From Myxococcota bacterium (lineage in GTDB: Bacteria > Myxococcota_A > SURF-8 > G963663525): 32,945 bases of DNA. How positions within the stretch are numbered: position 1 is the first letter of the stretch; each line of letters begins with the position of its first letter. Positions 19,201 through 26,670 of the stretch are shown piece after piece. The stretch covers positions 1 to 32,945 of the forward strand of contig CAXXVK010000009.1 in the NCBI GenBank assembly GCA_963676915.2, in the 5' to 3' direction. A program made the position numbers and the translations under genes. Under the pieces are notes generated by a model, which was given only the letters and a program-made list of their open reading frames with translations, was not told the DNA's origin and did not search any database.

Positions 19201-19441
19201 CGAGGTCGTTCCGGCAGGACAGGCGCTCGGTTGTGCGGATTGCCATAGCCAACAGGCCGTGACCTGCTCACGCTGCCACGGAGAACAACCCGGCTTCGAC
19301 AGTGCCGCTCTCATCGGTCCGCGTTACCCCGAGAGCAAAGCCAAGCTCAAGAGGTCGGATTTCGAAGCCATGGGATATTCCGACGATCCCGCCGTTTCGG
19401 GAGGACGATTCCATCATTACACGTTGCCGGGTAGGGACTGA
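16226..19441 (+). CDS. Fusion of a NrfD/HybB-like membrane quinol-interacting subunit, a tetraheme cytochrome c3-like domain and an octaheme tetrathionate reductase (OTR)-family domain; 13 CxxCH motifs
   Basis: TNLTDQYPWGIWI.DV..GVALAAGG, DLGR, MHQSSLG (HybB/HmcC); F.HKAH...CSLCHH...AYH.QCIGCH (c3); HWKW, INNYC, CHIGYG, CHFFGGGG..VKHGD, DVHM, CQTCHIP, WDWS.AG (OTR). Confidence 0.9.
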   Translation: MQTTKPLRFWTPGALVLVAIMAVGYLFGLARMITGLGPVTNLTDQYPWGIWIGIDVASGVALAAGGFTTAALINIFGRAKYHPLERPALLTAWLGYTFVGVGLMFDLGRYYNIWHPAIYWQGNSVLFEVGMCVMFYLTVLTVEFSPTLLEGIIRREGESMVLGRLAKSLSRPLNALHMMICRVLPLFIIAGVVLSFMHQSSLGSLMLIAPTKLSSLWWTPILPILFLLSAIMIGFPMVIFESISAAKAFGRTPEMELLTPLSRVIPWFLGLYALVKFGDLAFRWDQLDFLARPSDTAALFVEIGVGVVIPFVMLLQKSVRRSTFWLFIAVSAMILGVLLNRINVFIVGFHPPFGESGYFPAIGEIAVTMGLIATIVFLYRFFAYYFPVFDAQNLSVKEEECESRRRRAPGLAWMARGLAIVLMLSFVILYAVVHRQGIKTSVVQFADAAYAKASEKSETHDPLNIPEPLSFSAETMPKMLILNRQQANEKINDYEAVRFMHKAHASRLDGNCSLCHHKVQRHKGDRIGEALEFSDMDERKPASCVACHQYPNEADAPDRPGLKGAYHAQCIGCHEQEKSENAPTDCTGCHAKRTPDHGEFIHFAGKPDPREITSRCLECHEQVGEDILQTAHWKWEGPSPHTKGYEHRTDLGKKKVINNYCIHVRSNEARCSQCHIGYGWENDEFDFNDPTNIDCLVCHDTTGTYAKDAPNGGLPKAEVNTVQVASHIGKTSRQTCGKCHFFGGGGANVKHGDLEPTLMNPPDEFDVHMGRAGMDCQDCHRTQEHRIAGQCLAIPTSEGRVSCEQCHGDKPHNMNHDIGFHLDKHTRSVSCQTCHIPHFAKKTPTKMFWDWSTAGKKLAVEKDEYGMPNYNNKKGSFRWGMNVDPCVTWYDGTHRRHLLGDPVEDPDKPTLLNTPEGSIQDPSAKLYPFKCYSAVIPMDAERKIFAVPNLWKGFWKDFDWQKSLAQGMKLFGEPFSGKVGFGKADMFWAINHEVVPAGQALGCADCHSQQAVTCSRCHGEQPGFDSAALIGPRYPESKAKLKRSDFEAMGYSDDPAVSGGRFHHYTLPGRD

Positions 19442-19490
19442 GAAGCAAAGTGGAAGGCTGAAGCACCGATTTTCGGGTTTCGGCATCTTC

Positions 19491-19528
19491 AAAAAGGCGG
19501 AGTGACCACGACACTCCGCCTTTTTTTT
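19491..19528 (+). terminator. Rho-independent terminator, probably bidirectional
   Basis: aaaaaggcggagtg-accacga-cactccgcc-tttttttt. Confidence 0.9.
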
Positions 19529-20095
19529 GTGTACTGCCAAGGAGCTACCATAAGGCAGCGAAAACAGTGCACAAACTTGCATGAATTTGAAGAGTTTTTT
19601 CGGATATGAAAGCGCTTGGATCGTCTTTCCGTGTCCAGATTAGCCAGCTGTTTTCCCATCATTTTACAGTCCAGGTCACAATGGGTTCCACTTCGTTGGG
19701 GACGATGCCGGAAGTGGGGATCGTCGCCAACGGCATTTCGTCATATCCAAGATGATACTACCGTTATGCCGCGTTTCGCCAACGACGAAATCACCTCGTA
19801 ATCCTCGGTCGGTATTTTTAGATGACTTCTAAACACATTGATTTCGGGCAAGTACATATGCAAAGGAAGTTGTTTCCTTGAAGTTTTCTCCATGATTTTG
19901 ACTGAACAACCCAGCACGACCTGATTAGAAAGAAAAAAGTCTAGAGATTTCAATGCGTAGGAAAGCGGTTAGGTTTTTTTTCAATTTTTTCCTCGAATCG
20001 GAGAAAAAGCGTGTCTTGAGAATTGAAAGTTCTGGTTTGAGCGATTGGCCAAACCGTTTCGTTCTCATCCGATTTCTCGATGAAAGGAGAAAACA

Positions 20096-23000
20096 ATGAA
20101 GATGGGTGCTTTTTTTTCTCTCTTCCTTCTCGCATGCTGTCTGCAAGCATGTGACCAGGATCGTGCTGAATTCCCGATCTCCGGGAACGAACCGTCTTCG
20201 GGCTTGGGCCAGGTGGTTCTGTCTATGAGTGTGGAAGATATGTCACTGATCGATCTGGGAAACATTCAATTGTACGCAGATCGAATTGATGGCGAGGCGA
20301 AATACGGTTCCATGTGTTTCGCGGAGGAGAATCCGGTTTTGCCGGAAGATGACACCCCGTGGACCTGCGACATATGGGAATTGCCCTCCGACATATACAT
20401 ATTTTCCGCTGAGATTTACACGCCGGATGGAGATCTCCTGTGTCTCGAAACGCCGACTTCGGACCCGGTAGAAGTCGTGGGTGGCCAGACAACCTACCTC
20501 TCGTTATCGAATTGCCGATTTTACCCCGACGACCCGGCGGACGGCGATATCGAAACCAACGGCGAGGTCGTGGTTGACATTCCTTTCGAACCGCTCCGTC
20601 CCATAATTCCGAATATCCACGTTGAAAAACTTTCCGATACGGACGTCCGGTTGACCTGGGCTCCCGACGACAGTGTTGATTCCTGGGAATTTCGTCTGTA
20701 CGGAAATGAAAACAAAACTCCCGATATTGATATCGATCCGGTACGAACCGAATCCATGGTTAACGAACCGGTCATTATCTGTACCGATCTTCCAATAAAT
20801 CAATTCTTTATTTCCACTGTGACTCCTTTTGCCGAAGGACAGGATTTCAGTCATAAATTGGGGCAAGTCGAATTCTCTACGATCCCCTCTGATGGCGATA
20901 TCGATGATGATGAAGAAATCATTAGCGGTGACGATGATATCCTTCCCGATGGGGATATGGACGACGAGAGCGACGAAATCGATACCATAGAGGCGATCGA
21001 GCAGGAAGCTTCGGCCAATGCCTGTGATGGTATTGATTGCTCGCAACACGGAATTTGTGAAATAGATACCATTGGGCAGGCTGCTTGCATCTGCGATCCC
21101 GGATATTCGCCCAATGGTTTGGATTGTGAATGGGCATATGTTGACGACCCGACAGTCGGTGACATCGGTGGGCGCGAGGAATGCGCCCAACTGTTCCAGT
21201 ATCCTTTCTACAGTGAACACGGCATGACCGATGATTTCCTGGGCCATATCCAGACTGGACGTCCTGGAGGCATCGATTACGACGGTATTATCGGAGATGA
21301 TGTCCTTTCCATCGGGCACGGTACAGTTACCGAACCTCCGGTTAACAATATACCCCTCGGCTCCTCAGCAATCTATGGTTGCGAAGGGACCGGCTGGGGG
21401 AATCACGTCATTATCTGTTTCTTGGATGACCAATGTGTGATTTACGCCCACTTGAAACCGGGTAGCATTCCACTTCAACTCGGAGATGTCGTTCAGCCTG
21501 GTCAGAAAATTGGCGAGGTGGGTAATACCGGTAACGTTTGTTCGAGCGGCGGAGACGGTAGTCACCTTCATCTCGGATTCAAAAACGACAGCGGATGGAT
21601 CGATCCTTTGACGTGTTTCCTCGATCCCATCGAATTTCCGGAACAGGGTGTCACGCCGTTGACCTGCCAAGATAACGATTTCGATATCTACGGACAAGGC
21701 AACGATTGTCTCCTGTTCGATTGTGACGATACGGATAATTACAAGCAGTCCTACGGAAGTTCGTGCACTTGTCTTGCCGACGAGCCGGGTGGCGAAGCCT
21801 GCGAGGATAGAGACGGTGACAACCGCTACAGCGGTAAGAATTGTCCGTTTTTCGATCAGGATTGTAACGACAACGATTCCTCGATTGCTATCGGTTGCGA
21901 TGCTCCCGACTGCTCCACGATATGCACTCCCGGTGCCGTTTCCTGCCAAGGCTCCAAAATCATTACTTGTTCACTCGACGGTTACGAGTGGATTCCAGGT
22001 GATGACTGCGGTTCCTGTGGTTGCAGCCAAGGGGAATGCGATTACGACGCGCAAGCCGATTATACCTGTTATAACGGCGATTTATGGTACCTTGACTGCG
22101 AAGGCTCGCGTACCTCGATCAAAACAAGCTGCGAATGCGGATGTAGCGGACAAAGCTGCTTGCAGGGCAGCGACTACCTGAGTTGCTACAATGGTGATGT
22201 CTGGCAATATAACTGCCAGGATCAGAGAGAAAGCCTGGTAGACGACTGTGGTTCCTGCGGTTGCAGCCAAGGGGAATGCGATTACGACGCGCAAGCCGAT
22301 TATACCTGTTATAACGGCGATTTATGGTACCTTGACTGCGAGGGCTCGCGTACCTCCATCAAAACAAGCTGTGAATGCGGATGTAGCGGACAAAGCTGCT
22401 TGCAGGGCAGCGACTACCTGAGTTGCTACAATGGTGATGTCTGGCAATATAACTGCCAGGACCAGAGAGAAAGCCTGGTAGACGACTGCGGTTCCTGCGG
22501 CTGTAGCCAAGGGGAATGCGATTACGACGCGCAAGCCGATTATACCTGTTATAACGGCGATTTATGGTACCTTGACTGCGAAGGCTCGCGTACCTCCATC
22601 AAAACAAGCTGTGAATGCGGATGTAGCGGACAAAGCTGCATACAGGGCAGCGACTACCTGGACTGCTACAATGGTGATGTCTGGCAATATAACTGCCAGG
22701 ACCAGAGAGAAAGCTTGGTGGAAGACTGCGGTTCGTTGGGATGCACCAACGGCGCCTGCAACGAACCCTACAGCCCCAGCGTGGTCATTGTTGACAATCA
22801 GGACTCTTCCGGTTTTACGAAAACCGGTACATGGTTCCATGCTTCCGATCACGACTCTTTCACGACCGGAGCCATCAATCAGAGTTTCGATTACACAATC
22901 AATTTCCTGGTGGATGGCACCACCGGAACGTGGCGAACTCCGACCAAGCTGTATGGTACCTATGACATCTACAAAAACGATGTCAGTCCCAATCAGTCGT

Positions 23001-23248
23001 TCAACGTAAACACGGAAGGAACGTACATCGTGTACAACAAATGCACTTCCGTACGTTACTACGTGGAACATGATGGTCATACCACCGGTGAGGCAATAGA
23101 TAAAAGCCAAGCCGGTTCAGGCTGGAGCAAAATCGGGCGCTTCGTCTTTACGGACCGCTACGGCGAAGTGCGCCTTCAAGATTACAGCGCCACCCCCGAT
23201 CGGTGTACGATCAGCTTTGACGCAATCAAATGGGTAAAAGTCAACTGA
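20096..23248 (+). CDS. Large lipoprotein with M23-family peptidase domain, EGF-like and Cys-rich repeats, and C-terminal golvesin/Xly-CBD-like domain
   Basis: RBS aaggag; LQA|CD lipobox; GIDY...GWGNHV...YAHL...V.PGQKIGEVGNTG...HLH...IDP (M23, ~21190-21625); VIVDNQD..GF...GTW...FDAIKW C-terminus. Confidence 0.88.
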   Translation: MKMGAFFSLFLLACCLQACDQDRAEFPISGNEPSSGLGQVVLSMSVEDMSLIDLGNIQLYADRIDGEAKYGSMCFAEENPVLPEDDTPWTCDIWELPSDIYIFSAEIYTPDGDLLCLETPTSDPVEVVGGQTTYLSLSNCRFYPDDPADGDIETNGEVVVDIPFEPLRPIIPNIHVEKLSDTDVRLTWAPDDSVDSWEFRLYGNENKTPDIDIDPVRTESMVNEPVIICTDLPINQFFISTVTPFAEGQDFSHKLGQVEFSTIPSDGDIDDDEEIISGDDDILPDGDMDDESDEIDTIEAIEQEASANACDGIDCSQHGICEIDTIGQAACICDPGYSPNGLDCEWAYVDDPTVGDIGGREECAQLFQYPFYSEHGMTDDFLGHIQTGRPGGIDYDGIIGDDVLSIGHGTVTEPPVNNIPLGSSAIYGCEGTGWGNHVIICFLDDQCVIYAHLKPGSIPLQLGDVVQPGQKIGEVGNTGNVCSSGGDGSHLHLGFKNDSGWIDPLTCFLDPIEFPEQGVTPLTCQDNDFDIYGQGNDCLLFDCDDTDNYKQSYGSSCTCLADEPGGEACEDRDGDNRYSGKNCPFFDQDCNDNDSSIAIGCDAPDCSTICTPGAVSCQGSKIITCSLDGYEWIPGDDCGSCGCSQGECDYDAQADYTCYNGDLWYLDCEGSRTSIKTSCECGCSGQSCLQGSDYLSCYNGDVWQYNCQDQRESLVDDCGSCGCSQGECDYDAQADYTCYNGDLWYLDCEGSRTSIKTSCECGCSGQSCLQGSDYLSCYNGDVWQYNCQDQRESLVDDCGSCGCSQGECDYDAQADYTCYNGDLWYLDCEGSRTSIKTSCECGCSGQSCIQGSDYLDCYNGDVWQYNCQDQRESLVEDCGSLGCTNGACNEPYSPSVVIVDNQDSSGFTKTGTWFHASDHDSFTTGAINQSFDYTINFLVDGTTGTWRTPTKLYGTYDIYKNDVSPNQSFNVNTEGTYIVYNKCTSVRYYVEHDGHTTGEAIDKSQAGSGWSKIGRFVFTDRYGEVRLQDYSATPDRCTISFDAIKWVKVN
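22001..22735 (+). repeat. Three near-identical 240-bp (80-aa) coding tandem repeats plus a partial fourth
   Basis: Units start at 22001, 22241, 22481 (gaygactgyggttcctgyggytgyagccaagggg) and 22721 (partial); each holds two CYNGD(L/V)W sub-repeats. Confidence 0.95.
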
Positions 23249-23265
23249 TTTCAGTGACTTCTTTC

Positions 23266-23295
23266 AACCGGGGCTGATGATTCAGCCCCGGTTTT
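23266..23295 (+). terminator. Rho-independent terminator
   Basis: aaccggggctga-tgat-tcagccccggtt-tt, 18 nt after the stop codon. Confidence 0.85.
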
Positions 23296-23691
23296 CTATG
23301 CGCTTCTTAAAAGCCTCATTTCGATCATTGATACGTCCTCGAAATGCACGACCTCAGAGGCAGATTTTCCATGTGAGGGGGATCCTTGGAAATCTATAGG
23401 AAGAATCACAGCATTCTTTTCGTAGAGGCGAAGTCCTCTGAACGAGAATTTGCCAAGCCTCCTTCTAGAATCGCCGAAAATCATTCCGGATCTACCTCGA
23501 GGAGCCATGTCAGGTCTTTCCAACCGAATATATTCTTGAGAATTTTTATTGAATTTGCTGGCACCTTTAGGATAAGATCCATCACTAAAGAAACATACAA
23601 AATCTTACATCCTTGGAAAATATTCAAAAGCACTTTCTGCCATCTGCAGAAGGTCAATTGTTGCGTTTTTCATTCGTATCGGGGAAACGAA

Positions 23692-24534
23692 ATGTATTTT
23701 TATTTATCGACGGAAGAAGTCGAATCCTATTTGGGAGCGCAAAAAAAAGAGGCAGACACTCTTTTGCAAAGGTTTTGCGAAAAAAAAGGTGGTCGAAAAA
23801 AGCTTCTTGCCAAAGCTGAAAAATTCCGGCACATCGTCGAACCCGAAGATTTGGTACAAGAAACGTGCCAAAGTGCTCACAGCAAAAGATCCACAATTCG
23901 GAGTCATACGCCAGGAGCCTTCATTGTTTTTTGGATGCAAACAATGAGCAATATTGCCAAAAATATGACGCGAGATAAGTTTTCCAAAGATCAGATTCGC
24001 ATCAGTATTACCAGAAAATACATCCGTGAACATTTCGACTTTTTAGCGAATTACGCAATCGAAGCAGGAGAGGTGAAAGTAGATGACGCACGCCGTTTCA
24101 AAGGGTACTACAATGGCAAAAACAAACCCAATATGACGGCTTTTTTGAAACTGCAATTGTTGCCTGGAGAAACGGAACAGGAAGGAGAACAGAAACTAAG
24201 GCGCTTTGATATAGTCCTGCGACGTATAGCAAAAAAAATAGAATACGACAACGTACGAAAAGAATTTGTTCAGAAAACCATTGTGGAATTTCCAACACAG
24301 TTCGGTATTGAGCGAGAAGAAAAAATCCTTTCGATACTTCAGGATAAGGACGTTTCATTACCGAAAGAAATAGATCAGAAGCTGTTTCATCGACAAATCG
24401 AAACCTTTCGTTCTACATACGAAAAAGTTCATGATTTGCGCGACTTGACCGAAGCGGAATTGTTTAAATTCGTTGAAATGCTTGAAGAAATCGTCTCCAA
24501 AACAAACTCGTCAAAAAAGAACGGAGAAGAGTGA
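23692..24534 (+). CDS. Divergent ECF-type (sigma70 group 4) sigma factor-like protein with C-terminal extension
   Basis: EPEDLVQET...GAFIVFWMQTMSNIAKNMTR fits sigma region 2 (D..Q...F..W......N...D..R); weak region-4-like segment. ATG 23692 follows gggga; the ORF is open from 23386. Confidence 0.65.
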   Translation: MYFYLSTEEVESYLGAQKKEADTLLQRFCEKKGGRKKLLAKAEKFRHIVEPEDLVQETCQSAHSKRSTIRSHTPGAFIVFWMQTMSNIAKNMTRDKFSKDQIRISITRKYIREHFDFLANYAIEAGEVKVDDARRFKGYYNGKNKPNMTAFLKLQLLPGETEQEGEQKLRRFDIVLRRIAKKIEYDNVRKEFVQKTIVEFPTQFGIEREEKILSILQDKDVSLPKEIDQKLFHRQIETFRSTYEKVHDLRDLTEAELFKFVEMLEEIVSKTNSSKKNGEE

Positions 24535-25505
24535 TGAGCTTCGATTATTTTGAAAACTGGCCCAGAGTTTGTTTCGATGACGACGGAAAGGGTAACAAAT
24601 ATCGCCAAACCGATAGAACAAAAATCAATACTTACGGTAAACAATCCGGGATGTTTTATCGAACGAGAGACATGCATGTCGTTTTCGATCCTTACCAGTC
24701 CGATTCAATCGAACTGTTGTACGAGGATCACGCATCTCCGACTTTAATCAATCTGCTACCATATGCCGACAGACGTAACCGCAATAAGCATGGAATCAAG
24801 CACGTTGTCGGTATTCTACCGAGTTCCATATCGCCGCCTGATCTTAAACTCGACGTCGGCGAGGCAACGTTCAATTGGGAACAATGGGATCTTCGGAAGC
24901 TTCAACCAAATTTGAACGTTTTGAATGAAGAAATGCAAAAAGTTTTCTTGCTGATCCATCCAGATAGGAAACCAGAGCCAGTTTGTCCGATTGCAACTCG
25001 CATCGATCACGCTGATTTTGACAAGAAAAAAGAACTCGTGTTTAAGGGCTGTTATGCTTGTCGTCAAAAAAACTACAAAAAACTCTTAGATACCAAGCTT
25101 CTCGATATTCCTTTGAAAGAATGGTTTTCCCGTTACGAAAAGGAAGCGAAATATGCCGCTGTCCATGGTAAGGGCATTTGGGTTCTAGCAAAGGATCCCC
25201 ATACTGGATTGAGACGAATTTTCATTTGCACCAAAAAGTCAATGTTTGCGTATTTCATTGAATCGGATAGTCAATCCGGTGTGTTTTTCATGCAAACCGC
25301 TTTTTATTTGAACAAATTTCCCGAAGTAACCAAGAGCATATGGGAAGAGTTTCTCAAAAAAGTGAAAAAATGGACCAATATGCATTTGGATGCAATGGAC
25401 TTCATTGTAGCTGAAGAAACTCCGGATCATTTGATGGACCTGGATCCTGGTACCTACACTTTCGCGAGAAGTTATTTTTCGACCTTGGACGAGGAACGGT
25501 CATGA
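24531..25505 (+). CDS. Hypothetical protein (324 aa), possible BECR-fold RNase
   Basis: Overlaps the upstream stop (GTGATG); RBS ggag; HGIKHV, RYEKEA and QTAFY motifs; CYAC. Confidence 0.75.
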   Translation: MMSFDYFENWPRVCFDDDGKGNKYRQTDRTKINTYGKQSGMFYRTRDMHVVFDPYQSDSIELLYEDHASPTLINLLPYADRRNRNKHGIKHVVGILPSSISPPDLKLDVGEATFNWEQWDLRKLQPNLNVLNEEMQKVFLLIHPDRKPEPVCPIATRIDHADFDKKKELVFKGCYACRQKNYKKLLDTKLLDIPLKEWFSRYEKEAKYAAVHGKGIWVLAKDPHTGLRRIFICTKKSMFAYFIESDSQSGVFFMQTAFYLNKFPEVTKSIWEEFLKKVKKWTNMHLDAMDFIVAEETPDHLMDLDPGTYTFARSYFSTLDEERS

Positions 25506-26668
25506 AAAAGCAAAAAAAACGCATTGTAAGTTCCCGCCATGAGGTGGTTTGGAAAAACGATCTGTTTTCAGACGCCTTACAATGGGCCGATATGCTCCGC
25601 CAGATTCACGAAAATGCCCCTGATAGCATTTCGATATTTTACGAGCGCCTTGCGTACTACAAAGATCGCTTCAATCCAACGTTGGAAGATATCGACCAAT
25701 TGGAAGCGTTGTCCGAAGAGGCGATTCAAGATGTAGAACAGCTTCGTTCAGAACTTCCACCTATTACGGCGAAGTTGTTCCTTTCGCTTCGATCGGATTC
25801 AACAATCTACAACCGGATTGCTTATCGGATATCTGAGCGAACACTTAAAGCTGATGCCATCGCTTTTCTTCACTACGTTCATCCCGCCAGTGGGGAGTAT
25901 ACGGATGTTTGGATCGATCACATATCAACCGATATTCAGGATCTACAGCTAATCGCCAAGCGACATGCACTCGCAGCGGTTCCATATAATTTGTGGAGAA
26001 ACAGCATTATTCTTCGAATGCCGACAGAAGTGGAAGAAATAGCTTCATGGCATACCGATTTACATACCGTGGAACCGATAACTCCTTTCAACCTAGTTCT
26101 CCCAAACCCGGAGTTGTCTGAGCTGGATCTGGTAGAAATCAAGCCATTTCTGTCTTTTGAGCCGGAACTTCACTCTCTCGTACAACAAATCCATGTTTTG
26201 GGAAAATCTGAAATCAAGCAAAAGACAGAAGCTAAAGGCGATCAGCCTGGCACGGTTATCCATATCAAAGAATATCTGGTCAACAAAGCCAAAGAAGGAC
26301 TCCAGAGTGCTGAACAATGGATCGCCGCATTGGAAGAAATTGCTCAACCGATTGGAGATGGTACGTCGATTGCCCCTGTTGCAGCAGGAGTAGCCGATTT
26401 GGTTCCAATAGATGAAAAATGTTTTCCACGTGTTTTGGAGGGAGGAGCTTTATTAATAAAAAGAAACATCTCCAAACAAATTTACATAATATACTTAACC
26501 GAATGCAATGCAGAATTAGTACAGAAAATCCTATTGATTGTGCAATTCGATACCGGAGATTCTCAAATTATTCTGGGAGAGGATTTGAACAGAAAAGCTT
26601 CAAAATCCGAGAAAATTCCAATGAAGAATGGACATATAGAACGTATCAATATCTTAAAGCTTGATTAA
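25502..26668 (+). CDS. Hypothetical protein (388 aa), possible anti-sigma/protease substrate
   Basis: ATGA overlap with the upstream gene; RBS gagga; helical N-terminus, linker with PVAAG, beta-rich ~90-aa C-terminus. Confidence 0.8.
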   Translation: MKKQKKRIVSSRHEVVWKNDLFSDALQWADMLRQIHENAPDSISIFYERLAYYKDRFNPTLEDIDQLEALSEEAIQDVEQLRSELPPITAKLFLSLRSDSTIYNRIAYRISERTLKADAIAFLHYVHPASGEYTDVWIDHISTDIQDLQLIAKRHALAAVPYNLWRNSIILRMPTEVEEIASWHTDLHTVEPITPFNLVLPNPELSELDLVEIKPFLSFEPELHSLVQQIHVLGKSEIKQKTEAKGDQPGTVIHIKEYLVNKAKEGLQSAEQWIAALEEIAQPIGDGTSIAPVAAGVADLVPIDEKCFPRVLEGGALLIKRNISKQIYIIYLTECNAELVQKILLIVQFDTGDSQIILGEDLNRKASKSEKIPMKNGHIERINILKLD

Positions 26669-26670
26669 AA

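Noticed and set aside
23559-23574. TGGCAC as a sigma54 promoter for the island
   Set aside because: The -12 position reads GGATA, not TTGC.
23386-23691. 5' extension of the sigma-like ORF from a TTG start
   Set aside because: No sigma-like content; ATG 23692 has a purine-rich RBS and gives a normal distance to region 2.
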